Source: Paraspadella gotoi
Taxonomy: Eukaryota > Animalia > Chaetognatha
Assembly (NCBI GenBank): GCA_051294375.1
Contig: CM119270.1
Coordinates: 477,362 to 523,976 of the forward strand
DNA: 46,615 nucleotides
Direction of reading: 5' to 3'
The position numbers and the translations under genes were made by a program. The notes under the pieces are model-generated. The model did not search any database. It had not been told where the DNA came from and worked only from the letters and a program-made list of their open reading frames with translations. Positions 24,287-36,389 of this stretch are shown piece by piece (the first letter of the stretch is position 1; every line of letters begins with the position of its first letter).

Positions 24287-25334
24287 TGAGTTCGCTGTGG
24301 GAGCCGGATTCTTGTTTCACTTTCCAACTGATTCCAACAACTAATAGCTCCTTTTATTCCGGCAATGAATGCTTTTTCTAATTTCATCCCAACTCTGAAG
24401 GTCACAACGACATCGGTCAGACTTGATTTGAATTGATTAGATTTGATACGTGAGGTGCTGTAGAAGTCGAGTCATAGAGGAGCAGCACTGGGCCCGTGTA
24501 CGGAGAGCTGAGTGAGAGTGCTACATACGTAGAGTCGGTACGGAGACGTATGCGAGACTAGCAGAGAGAGGTATGTTAGATTCTATGAGAGGAGGGCACC
24601 AAGACACAGGCAGCTGAAAATAGACCAAAGAGAGGGAAGAAAAATACAGTTAATCTCTTCCTCCTTCTCTCTCTCTTCCCGTCAAAACTATTAGTACGCG
24701 GGGACGTGTTTGACACGTGTCATTTTAGTCTGGCCGGACACTCCATTTTCACACACGGTAATGTTTATTAGTCGATTATTAGAGGGAAAATAAGAATATT
24801 TTTTTTCAGTCCTGTTTTTTAGATCGTCAATAAAAACTCTGGCCTGTGTTTTGAATCCGTTTTTTACGTGTTTTTCTGGTGTGATAGAACCATTAAAGTT
24901 TCTGGTTGCAACGTACATAAAAATCCGTCATATTACTCAAAACTCCACGTTAAATGACAGTTCAGAAAAAGAAGACGTGTTGGAATCGTCTCACGCTATG
25001 TGAGAAAGCAAACATTTCTAACAGGCACGACATGATGTAAGAGAGCAGAGAGAGAGAGAGAAAAAAAAGAAAAAAGTGGAAAAAGAGAGTGAGAGAGTAC
25101 AGGTATTAAGAAGAGTAGAATTCCTTTCCTTTTTCAATGAAAACTGTGATGCACTTGTAACTTCAACATAACTCAATCTCTCAACTCACTCACGTTAGTT
25201 CCCTCCTTCTTTTTCCTGTCTTATATTCTGCTTCTTTCCTGAGACAGAGTTCGCTGGGGAGCCGATCTTTTCCTTCCAACTATTCCAAAACAACTCCTTT
25301 TTTCCGCATGATGCTTTCACGAGGTCACACAAAC

Positions 25335-25420
<86 letters not shown>

Positions 25421-25802
25421 TGAGAGAGGGACAAGACGGGCTGAAATAGACCAAGAGAGGGAGAGAAAAATACAGTCTCTTCTCTCCTTCTCTCTCTCCT
25501 TCCCTCAAACTTTTAGTACGCGAGTTTGACCGGTCATTTAAGTCTGGCCGCTCCATATTTTCACCGTATTTTATTAGTCGATTATTAGAGGGAAATAAGA
25601 ATATTTTTCAGTCCTGTTTTTAGACTCAATAAGAAACGTCTGCCTGTTTTTGAATCCCGTTTTTACGTGTTTTCGGTGTGATAAACCATTAAAGTTTCTC
25701 GTTCAATACAAAAACGTCATATTACTCAAAACCCACGTTAAAACAGTCAGAAAAAGAAGACGTTTGGATGCCGTCTCCGCTTGTGAGAAAACAAACATTT
25801 CT

Positions 25803-25836
<34 letters not shown>

Positions 25837-25990
25837 AGAGAGAGCAAGATGAGAGAGACGAGAGAGAAGAGAGACAGTAAAGAAATAAATTCTTCTTTTC
25901 ATAAACTAGTGATTCACTAACTTCACACTCATCTCCACTCACTCACTTCCCCTTCTTCCTTCTATATCTCCCATTTTCTCTCTTTCCCCT
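24287..25990. other. Noisy tandem duplicate (24287-~25225 vs 25247-~25990)
   Basis: Shared anchors GAGTTCGCTG.GG.GAGCC, TTTATTAGTCGATTATTAGAGGGAAA, CGTCATATTACTCAAAA; the first copy is insertion-rich. Confidence 0.85.
25335..25420. repeat. (TTGA)n microsatellite
   Basis: About 21 perfect units. Confidence 0.95.
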
Positions 25991-26164
25991 CCTCCTCCTC
26001 CTCCTCCTCCTTTTCCTCCCTTCTTTCTCCCTCCGGAATGATGTATTTTATTGTAATGATGTATTGTAATGATGTATTGTAATGATGTATTTTATTGTAT
26101 TTTATTGTAATGAGGCTCGGAGGCTTTTTGGCGCCAAACGTGGCGAGACATGACGTAAACACCG

Positions 26165-26745
26165 AGGAGAGGGAGAGAGAGAGGGAGGGGAAGAGAGAGA
26201 GAGGGAGAGAGAGGGGAGAGAGGAGGAATGAGAGGAAGGAAGGGATAAAGACAGGAAGGTGAATAAAGAAAGAGAGAGAGAGAGAAGGGATCAATATGGA
26301 GAGGGGATGAGAGAAAGAGGAGAGAGGGGGGCGAAGAGGGAGAAAGAGAGAAGGGAGAGAGAGGGAGAGAGAGAGAGAGTGAGGCAGAGAAGGGAGAAGA
26401 AAGAGAGGGAGAGAAGGAGGGGAGAGAGTGAGTAGAGAGAAAGGGAGAAAAAGAAAAGAGAAGAGAAAAGAAAGATAAGTAAAATATGGGATAAAGTAGG
26501 GAAAGAATGAGGGGGAAAGGAGAGGAAGATAAAGGAAAACTGGAAAGAAAGAGAAAGAAAAAGAGAAAGAAAGAGAAAGGGAAAAGGGAAAAAGAAAGAG
26601 AAAGAAAAAAGGGAAGGAAAAAGAAAGAAAAAAGGGAAAGAAAGAGAAAGGAAAAAGGGAAAAGAAATGAAAGGGGAGAAAAATGAGTAGATGTAAAATT
26701 AAAAGAGAAAAACAAAGTAAAAATAAAAAGAGGAAAGAGAAAAGT
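26165..26745. repeat. Long polypurine low-complexity tract
   Basis: About 580 nt that is almost entirely A/G on the + strand. Confidence 0.85.
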
Positions 26746-27005
26746 TCGTTGCCAAGAGAGGAGGAATTAAAAAGAGATGACATCTATTGGCACAAGAAGG
26801 AGCGAAGTTCGTCATCTGTCGTCGTCGTCGTCGTCCTCAGCGTCGCAGGATCGAGCAGAAACTGCCAAAGCGTTGGTTGTCATCGAACCGTATCGATTGT
26901 AAGGAAGCGACAACGATCGCATGAACGCGCGCATCGCCGATCGCATGAACGCGCTTCCCGTTGGGATATGGAAAAATGCGCGAGTGAATTATGGTTACCA
27001 TGCGC

Positions 27006-27226
27006 GCGTCGATGCTTGTAACGTTTGCAAGCGTCGATGCTTGTAACGTTTGCAAGCGTTGATGCTAGTAACGTTTTCAAGCGTCTATGCTTGTCAAGTT
27101 TGCAAGCGTCGATGCTTGTAACGTTTGCAAGCGTTGATGCTAGTAACGTTTTCAAGCGTCGATGCTTGTCAAGTTTGCAAGCGTCGATGCTTGTCACGTT
27201 TTCAAGCGTCGATGCAAGCATTGTCA
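27006..27226. repeat. 25-bp near-palindromic minisatellite (GCGTCGATGCTTGTAACGTTTGCAA), 8 full units plus a partial
   Basis: Units start at 27006, 27031, 27056, 27081, 27106, 27131, 27156, 27181 and 27206. Confidence 0.95.
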
Positions 27227-27692
27227 ATTTTTTTTTTAATTTTTCCATGTCAACGTTGTCATTTTTTTTTGTTCGAGTGAGAGAAACATTGGGTCAACTG
27301 TATTGATGCCGTAAATGCCGTCAATACTCAATAAATTATTTTCGTTGACTCTCTCTCTCTATCGTCTTTCGAGTCTCCGTCTCTATCGTCTCTGTCTCTA
27401 TCGTCTCCGTCTCGTTAATTAAAGGCGACAGGAATCCCTTTTCACTTTCAGTCGTCGTTGAAAAAAAATGGAGAAAAAAAATTCATTTCATGTTTATTAA
27501 ATATTTTTTTAAGGAAAAGAAAAAGTAAAAGTTCATTCGAAAATTATACATTATACAATATACTTAGTGACAAAGTAACAGAGTTATTTTAATTAGTTAA
27601 TACTACGATGATTTTATAAAAAGAAAAGGAAAAGACTACGATCATACAATATACTACATTATACAGTTTTCCGCTCGTCAAAGTATCATTGA

Positions 27693-27735
27693 AGTCTCTA
27701 CGGAGGCGCGGGTTCGAATCTCACCGCTGCCACCA
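27693..27735 (+). pseudogene. 5'-truncated tRNA-Leu (AAG/TAG family) fragment: variable arm, T arm, 3' acceptor strand, followed by CCA
   Basis: AGTCTCTACGGAGGCGCGGGTTCGAATCTCACCGCTGCCA-CCA differs at 3 positions from the conserved animal tRNA-Leu 3' half as I recall it (AGTCTCTTCGGAGGCGTGGGTTCGAATCCCACCGCTGCCA). No 5' acceptor, D arm or anticodon arm upstream. Confidence 0.75.
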
Positions 27736-28220
27736 CATTTAAGGAAAAACTCATGACGAAATCAAAACGATTTTTTTGATCAATTCTACTGAAACTAAGG
27801 AAAGCTAAGTCTATTTATATCTAGAGAAGAGGATCAAGAGTCATTTTGACAGTTCCATTGGTTCTTGACCAATCATGATTTGGCGATTCCATTCATGCGG
27901 AGATCGCCCGATCCTCCGATCGATTTCTGTTTTAAAACATTATAGACACCGAAAAAAACAATACATAAGCATTTAGAATTTTATTTTTGTGCATTTTTTA
28001 TAAATTAACATCTAAAATGACTCTATCTTCCTCTCCCTCTCTCTCCCTCTCTCCCTCTCTCTCCTTCTCCCTCTCCCTCTCCCCCTCTCTCTCTCCATCT
28101 CTCTCCCTCGAGCTAAGACGAAACCTTCGAACGAACTCTTCATAAATTCCCATCGATTTTGCATCGTTTATTTCGGTTAAAAGATTCGGCCTTGCAACGC
28201 CAACCAACTCCTAATGGATG

Positions 28221-28292
<72 letters not shown>

Positions 28293-28434
28293 CTCTCACA
28301 TCTACATTTTTTATCGCTTTGTGTTGGCCTTTTTGTCGGATTAGATCTTCGAGGATGATTAACGAGAGGAGAGAGAGATCGAGAGAGAGAGAAGACCGAG
28401 AGAGGAGAGAAGATAGGAGAGAAGGGGAGAGATA

Positions 28435-28499
<65 letters not shown>

Positions 28500-29123
28500 T
28501 TCTTTCCACAATCTGTGTCACATCCAATCACAATTTGTGACAATTCTTTGTCCCCTCTTTCCCGCATCCTATGTCCTTCTATCTCCATTCTTGTCCCTTG
28601 AATATCCTTGTCCTACTTATTTCTCTGTGTCCTACTTATCTAACTTTGTCCTTTTCTCCATCTTCTGTCTTTTTCCACTAATTTTGCCCAAAAATCGATT
28701 ATTTTTTTGTTGCCATTTTTATTCGCGGTTATTTGGGCCAACCGACGGGTTTTGATTGATTGATTGATTGATTGATTAAATTGAATATTCGAATGATTTA
28801 CTGACCGATTCGTTCTTTTGTAAAGTTTCTTTCTAAAGTAATATAGGTATAAACTATTACTAATAAATAGGCAAAATGAAATCGAGAAAAAAGTAATATA
28901 AAATAAAGTCAAGTTAAATATAGCAAAGTATAAAGTAAAAATATATGATGTACTATTAACCTTTCTTTTACGTTGTTAGTTTGATAGTAAAGAAAGCAAG
29001 GTTTCAATAATTTTTTACAACGAATTTCTCTAGTAAAAATATAAAATGAAAAAAGAAAGGATTTTGGATTTCCTCAAAAAATTCCATCGAGAACGAGTCA
29101 TCAGTTGATTTATTTCTGCGCAG

Positions 29124-29237
29124 GAAATTTCAAGTGCAACCACAGGATTCATTCTGATCGCATCTTTGCACGCATGAGGTTCGACCGCAGGTATTGGAAT
29201 GACTCGAAGACCAGCGCGCATGAGTTTGCCTACCAAG
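29124..29237 (+). CDS. Possible isolated internal coding exon (114 nt, phase 1-1), product unknown
   Basis: TTTATTTCTGCGCAG acceptor, CAAG|GTATTT donor, open frame (G)NFKCNHRIHSDRIFARMRFDRRYWNDSKTSAHEFAYQ(G); no family recognised. Confidence 0.25.
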
Positions 29238-29297
29238 GTATTTCCATCCGGGAGAATGAGAGAGAGAGGGAGAGAGAGAGAAGAGAGAGAGAGAGAG

Positions 29298-29337
<40 letters not shown>

Positions 29338-30014
29338 GAAATTATTGAAAGAATACTGTGACGTCAGCTCGTCGGAATTTGTCGTCCTTGCGGTTTTCTG
29401 TAATCGTCTTTTGTATATTTTTATATATTTTAATCATGATCGTAATAATTAAGCGTCATCATAATCATCAACATTTTCGTTGTTGTCATCAAAGTTGTCA
29501 TTGTCGTCCTTTTCATTCTAGTCGTCGTCGGCGTCTTCATCGTCGTAGTTGTAGTCGTCGTTGTCGTCTTCATCGTCGTAGTTGTCGTCGTCATCGTCTT
29601 CATCATTGTCATAGTTGTCGTCGTCTTCGTACATAACAGATACACAAGGTCGACGAATTTCCAATTTAGAATTTCGTCGTNNNNNNNNNNNNNNNNNNNN
29701 NNNNNNNNNNNNNNNNNNNNNNNNNNNNNNNNNNNNNNNNNNNNNNNNNNNNNNNNNNNNNNNNNNNNNNNNNNNNNNNNNNNNNNNNNNNNNNNNNNNN
29801 NNNNNNNNNNNNNNNNNNNNNNNNNNNNNNNNNNNNNNNNNNNNNNNNNNNNNNNNNNNNNNNNNNNNNNNNNNNNNNNNNNNNNNNNNNNNNNNNNNNN
29901 NNNNNNNNNNNNNNNCGTCGTCGTCATCGTCGTCGTCTTCGTCATTCGTGTGTTCATCGGATTCCTGATCTGAGTTCCTCCTTACGATAACTCGTCTATT
30001 GTATTGGATAAACC

Positions 30015-30133
<119 letters not shown>

Positions 30134-30874
30134 TTTTCCTTTTACACTCACTCCAAAAACCCTCTCCTTACGGCAATATGCAAATGAGATTGTAGTCAAT
30201 TCTCTTCGGTTTTTAAGCGTCGCTTGTTTATTTTTGCGCCGCGAGTCTTTGAAGGCGCAGAGATTCTTGGGTCGTAAATGCGTCATGACGCAGTAAGAAG
30301 GAGAGCGTACGCACAGGATCCGTACAAACATCGATCGTTGGTGGCTTTTTTATACGCGTGCTGAGTCCGTGATTTTATGTGTGAACGGTGAAGAGAGNNN
30401 NNNNNNNNNNNNNNNNNNNNNNNNNNNNNNNNNNNNNNNNNNNNNNNNNNNNNNNNNNNNNNNNNNNNNNNNNNNNNNNNNNNNNNNNNNNNNNNNNNNN
30501 NNNNNNNNNNNNNNNNNNNNNNNNNNNNNNNNNNNNNNNNNNNNNNNNNNNNNNNNNNNNNNNNNNNNNNNNNNNNNNNNNNNNNNNNNNNNNNNNNNNN
30601 NNNNNNNNNNNNNNNNNNNNNNNNNNNNNNNNNNNNNNNNNNNNNNNNNNNNNNNNNNNNNNNNNNNNNNNNNNNNNNNNNNNNNNNNNNNNNNNNNNNN
30701 NNNNNNNNNNNNNNNNNNNNNNNNNNNNNNNNNNNNNNNNNNNNNNNNNNNNNNNNNNNNNNNNNNNNNNNNNNNNNNNNNNNNNNNNNNNNNNNNNNNN
30801 NNNNNNNNNNNNNNNNNNNNNNNNNNNNNNNNNNNNNNNNNNNNNNNNNNNNNNNNNNNNNNNNNNNNNNNNNN

Positions 30875-30908
<34 letters not shown>

Positions 30909-31017
30909 AGACTCACAACCAAAGGATGAGCTTCACGCTGAGGGAAAGTTAATGAGGACTGAGCCGATATCCTCTCTGAGGGGAAAGAAATTGGAAATCA
31001 AACATTCGAGTTGAGAA

Positions 31018-31290
31018 CGACTGTGGAGAGACTGTGGAGAGACTGTGAGGAGACTGTGTTTTGACTATAGTGAGACTGTGGAAGGACCGTGGTTTGACTG
31101 TGGTTTGACTGTGTGAGATTTCTGTGTTTTGACTGTAGTGAGACTGTGGAAGGACTGTGAGGAGACTGTGGTTTGACTGTGTTTTGACGGTGGGGGAGAC
31201 TGTGGGGAGACTGTGGTTTTAATTTACTATGCTTTGTCTGTGGCTTGACTGTCGTGAGACAGGTTTGACTGTGGTTTGACTGTTGTGACT
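31018..31290. repeat. 10-11-bp minisatellite GACTGTGG(AGA/TTT)
   Basis: More than 20 degenerate GACTGT-containing units. Confidence 0.9.
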
Positions 31291-31693
31291 ATTTATCTTT
31301 GTCAGCGTTTAGTTGTGATTTGAATACAATAAATCTCGAATTGAAAAAAGTTATTATGATACAACTTTGGCCAGTGTATTTCTCCCTAACCAAAGTTAAA
31401 ATTCGCCGAAAAATGTCTTCGAGTTAAAAATTAAATGTATTCTGGACATAAAATAATATTGGTTGAAGCCAAACTTTTTTTTTTTTTTAAGCCAAACTAG
31501 AGAGAAGAGTTTTAGAAAAATTGTAGCACTAAAAGATTAAAAATAATGGAAAAGCTAAAATAATATAACTTAATACACTGATTGTAGTAATAGTAGAAGC
31601 AGAAAATGAGAAGCTAAATAATCTTTTTCGTTCGCAGCGCCTTCAAAAAATCTATGAATAATTAATTAGGAGGCGCGTGCGAGAGGAGAAAAG

Positions 31694-31735
<42 letters not shown>

Positions 31736-31984
31736 ATAGACGCCAGGTTGATCCGATAGGAAAACAAATCCGACAGATGGTCGCTTAATTCCAGACCAAC
31801 GGCGAAAATCTATCGACCCGTAATTTCGTGCGTCCCGGAGTGAGAGAGAGAGTGAGACGGTGAGAGAGAGAGTAGAGAGAGAGAGAGAGAGAGTCCGCCC
31901 TTCAATCTTCGAATACAAACAGAGACGGAAAATCAAAGCTGAACTTGGAATGAAATATGAGAGAGAGAGTAGAGAGAGAGAGAG

Positions 31985-32024
<40 letters not shown>

Positions 32025-32435
32025 AGTAAGAAATCTTTTCCTCGACCATAGATGTTGATGCTGCAGTCGTTGAAAATCTTCTTTCTTTGATCTTATTTTA
32101 GTCTTCGCCTTTCGTCTTTCACCGCAAAAAGTTTTAATGTTCACGTTTATGACGTGAAAATTTCCTTTCACGTCGTTGTTGTTGTTGTTACGTAGGTATT
32201 GACGACGACAAGGATGACGACGACAACGATGACGACGACGACAACAATGACAACAAAGATTACCACGATAACGACAATTATGACAACGACGACAACGACA
32301 ACAATTGAAATGAGAAAGAATAAAAGAAGTTGAATCTTTTTTCACCGTAAGAGAATTTTTCTCTCTCCTTCACAAAAAACCCTCACGGCGAAGCTGCTCT
32401 TGTTTATTGGCCGTTAGGGTTGGAGAGTAAAGGAC

Positions 32436-32493
<58 letters not shown>

Positions 32494-33704
32494 CTTTTCT
32501 TTTTACGATGCCATTTGTATTAACCGCACTAATGAAGTGAGCCTTTCTATTTATTGTCTTTCATTTTTCTCACTTCTAAAATTTTCCTCCAGGGGAGAGT
32601 TAATCTTTTTTTGTTACCATTACTTTTACTGTTACTGTTTTCGTCTCTATTACTCTTAGTATTACTTTTAATAATATAGTTACTAACAAAATAATGTGAA
32701 TGTTTAACTTATTTTAGTTTATTTTTAAATGTTAAACTATTTATAAAATATCTACCAGCAACAAAATAAAATACAATTTTACCTTTGGAAATATGTTAAA
32801 TTTCATATTTTATATTTGTTGTACTTGTACCAATTTTATATAATTCTTAAAACATGTAAAGAATTAAATAGAAAATAAAGATAAGCTTCAGTAGCATTCG
32901 GCAAGAATTTCTAAGACGGCAAAAAGTATGGGTCGGTAAGTGTCAAATAAATAGTCTGTAACCTGCCTCAAAAGTGGCATTTACTTCGAAAAATCTTCAA
33001 TTGTATAATGGTTCGAATCCTGGCGATTTTAATTTTTTAAACTTAGTTGCCATGACCCAAAAGTGACAAAAGAGCATTTGCTTACAGAATGGGGAGAAGT
33101 GAGTATTTTACCTAAAAATCCTATTTAAATAATCAGAACTATAAGAGATATAGAGCTTGCCGTCTCAAAATATCTTGTCAGTAAGGAGCAATCAAAGCAA
33201 TCAGATTGGTAAGGAATTCAGCCAATCAGCAAAGGACCGTCGGGTTCTGAATCTGAGGGAGATAAAGAAAAAGCTCAAACATTTTTATCATTTTAATCAT
33301 TTGAAACTTTTATCGTTTATCGTCAATTTTTAACATTTTAGTAATGTGTTACTTTTATGATGTTAGTTTTTATGTTATATTTTTATCAGTATAGTTTATA
33401 TTTGTTTACTGTGTTCCAGTCTTTCATCTTTCATCTGTTACTAGTTTTGTTTTCAATTATGTTAATATCGTTTTTGTTAGTAATAAAAATAAAATAAAAA
33501 AATATGAAGCGAAGGACTTAAGTTAAACAATGAAACTACAAAAATTGAGACGCAGACTGAGAGCGAGTCACAAATCAAAATATAAGCGCTCTGTCTCTAT
33601 CAAAGTGTCTCTCTCTCACTCTCGCTCCTCCCGTTTTAAAAACCCGAGTCTCTCTCATTTCATTCCGCGTTTCAAAGATAAGTGAAAGTTATGGTGCCAC
33701 TTGC

Positions 33705-33755
<51 letters not shown>

Positions 33756-34060
33756 CTCTAAAGCGTCTTCCTGTTCCCCCTATACGAGGCTCTCCGTCGA
33801 ACGTAGACGCAATTAGCATTCGCGTTATTCAATTGCAAAGCCAGAACGAGGATGAGCGGAGATCGAAGAGAGGCAGAGCGAGAGAGAGAGAAGAAGAGAG
33901 AAGAGATAGAGAGTGAGAATGTCTAAATAGAGAGAGAAAATCATAACACTGGTGGCTTCTCGTCATCGTGGTTGGTGTCCGGTATGGCGTTGGGGTTGGC
34001 AACGGAGAGAGAGAGAGAGAGAGGGAGAGAGAGAGATAGAGTGAGAGATAGAGAGAGAGA

Positions 34061-34094
<34 letters not shown>

Positions 34095-35029
34095 AAGAGA
34101 GTCATAAATTACTCGTAGATAAAGGTCAACAACGGATATTAGTATTTGTGAAATGATTTATGAAACAATGTAAAGATGATGCTAATAATAATAACACAAA
34201 TAAAATTAATACTACTAACGCTTGAGCAATTGCCTAATTCGATATGAGGGCTTCTTATATTAAATCTTAAAGTTTTTACATTTAATTTGTTAAATTTTTT
34301 TTTTCTTTAGTCATGAAACCTGTTATGATTTAATCACAGAAGAAAGAAAAAAAAGAAAAAAAAAATAAAGAAAAAAAATATGAAGACAAAAGACACAATG
34401 ACAAGAAATCAATGTTCTCGCCACTCTCTCTCTCTCTTCTCTCTCTCTGCTGCCTCTCTCTCTCTCTCGTCTCTGTCTCTCTCTCCTTTCTCTCTCTTCT
34501 CTCCCTTTCTCTCTCTTCTCTTCTATTTCTTGTAAAAAAATAGCGGCGCGCGCTGGTTTCTTTCATTGCAGTGTTTTCTTTTTTCAGCGTTTTTTGTTCA
34601 CGCGACCTGAGCTCGTAATTGAAGAAGAGAGAAAGAGAGAGAGAGACGACGAGAGCAGAGAGAGCTGAGACTGAGCAGACACAGAAGACGAGAGAGAGAG
34701 AGAGTGAAATCGGCAGGTCGGTTTTTATTGTCTTTTAAAACTTGTCGCCCCTCGGTTTCTCGATTCTCAAATATCGTACGGTATTCCTCAGTGGCGAAAG
34801 GAGGAACAATTTTAGGGAAAAGGGGAATTCTTCTTTTCTTTTCTTGGATTTTTTCCCAAAAAAACCCCAGTTGGGCCGGGTTTCTCTCTTGCTTTTCTTT
34901 GAAGACTTGTTTGCTTGCGCGGGGTATCCTGTCTCGTGCTGCCGATTGTGTCTGCTCTGGAGGCTCTTGATTAAGGTTCTATCTTCTTTTTCTTTTTCTT
35001 TTTTTGGTTCGCGGACTTTCGGCCGGAAG

Positions 35030-35436
35030 ACTGTTCTGTCTTTTTCTTGTGTTCTGTCTTTTTCTGCGTTCTGTCTTTTTCTGGTTCTGTCTTGATCTGG
35101 TTCTCTCTTTGATCTGGTTCTGTCTTTCGGTTTCTGTCCTTTTTCTGTGTCTGTCTTGTATCTGCGGTTGTCAATACAGCGATTCTGGTCTGCTCTTTTC
35201 TGTTCTGTCTTTTTCCTGGCGCTTCTTCTGTCTTTATCGTTCTGTCCTTTATCTAGTTCTGTCTGTGATCTCGATTCTGCCTTTCTGGTTCGTCTTTGAT
35301 GCCTTCTGGCAATCGGGTTCTGTCTGCGGTCTGTCGTAGGCCAAATCGTTGGCGTCGATGGCGGCGTTCTGGGTCTGATCTCGGTTCTGTCTTGAACTGG
35401 TTCTGTCTTGAACTGGTTCTGTCTTGATCTGGTTCT
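35030..35436. repeat. TTCTGTCTT-based minisatellite with 16-bp units (GGTTCTGTCTTGA(A/T)CT) at its 3' end
   Basis: Recurrent TTCTGTC motif; three clean 16-bp units at 35383-35430. Confidence 0.85.
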
Positions 35437-36352
35437 TTTGAAACCTTGCAGGGACCTGCTATGTCATTAACTTGTAAGAGTGATGGAGGCCTTAAACCAC
35501 CAAAGCCTGTCCAAAGTCAGAGGCAAAATAGTTTGTTTATTAAATGAATAATTTTTATATTGGCTGTACCAATTTCCTGAAAGATAGATAAAGGACAGAC
35601 TGACTGACTGACTGACTGTCTTATACAGACGCGCTACCAGAACTCGAGGCGCAACAAAAAAAAAAATTTAAAAAAAGAAAAAAAATCGAAAATCAACAAA
35701 AATCCATACATTTTTTGCCGCCAAAAGCGAAATAATTAAAGAAACTGAAAATGTTGTGGAATCGCGTGTTAGGGATGACGACGACGACGATGATGATGAC
35801 GACGACGATGATGATGACAAACGACGACGACGACAATGACGACGACGAAATTATTTTCACTTTCAATTTTGCCAAATCGGCTTTTTTTTTCCTCTTTTTA
35901 GTTTTGCTCATTTTTTTGACAGGGATCAGAGCGAACTCTGTCGGTAGCAAAAGGAAAAAAAAAAGAAATTTGTGAAATTTAAGAGAAGAAAAAACTGAAA
36001 TTTGAGTTTTGAAACCCAAAAAATTTCGAGATTTTTGTTTATTTTTTTATTTTTTTTAGGTTTTTTTGTTAAAAAAATGAATCGATGTAAAGTTTTTTTT
36101 TCGGAGATGTCAACCTCTTCTTTATCTCGCTCTCTATCTTTGCCTGACTCTATCTTTCCCTCTCTCATTGAGATCTAAAGAAAGAAAAAGTTGTTAAAAA
36201 ATTGTGGAAAAAGATCAATGTTCATATCTGAATGACAAGTAAGGAAACGAATGAACAAGAAATAAAATAAAAAATTTAAATAAATAAAAAAAAGAGAAAA
36301 AAAAACATCGATAAAAATCAGATAAATATTTCGGAGATTAGCGAATGTTTAT

Positions 36353-36389
<37 letters not shown>

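Noticed and set aside
27006-27226. CRISPR-like array or repeat-protein ORFs
   Set aside because: Contiguous tandem units without unique spacers, no cas genes, eukaryotic context; the ORFs simply reflect the repeat period.
30279-30292. 14-bp palindrome TGCGTCATGACGCA, and a CRE TGACGTCA at 29359-29366
   Set aside because: Isolated short motifs that can occur by chance in 46 kb; no supporting context.
30876-30930. Acidic tract followed by KDEL, suggesting an ER chaperone C-terminus
   Set aside because: KDEL is not followed by a stop, and the Asp run is an (ACG)n microsatellite next to a gap.
33010-33020. tRNA gene at the B-box GGTTCGAATCC
   Set aside because: No cloverleaf or acceptor-stem pairing is visible.
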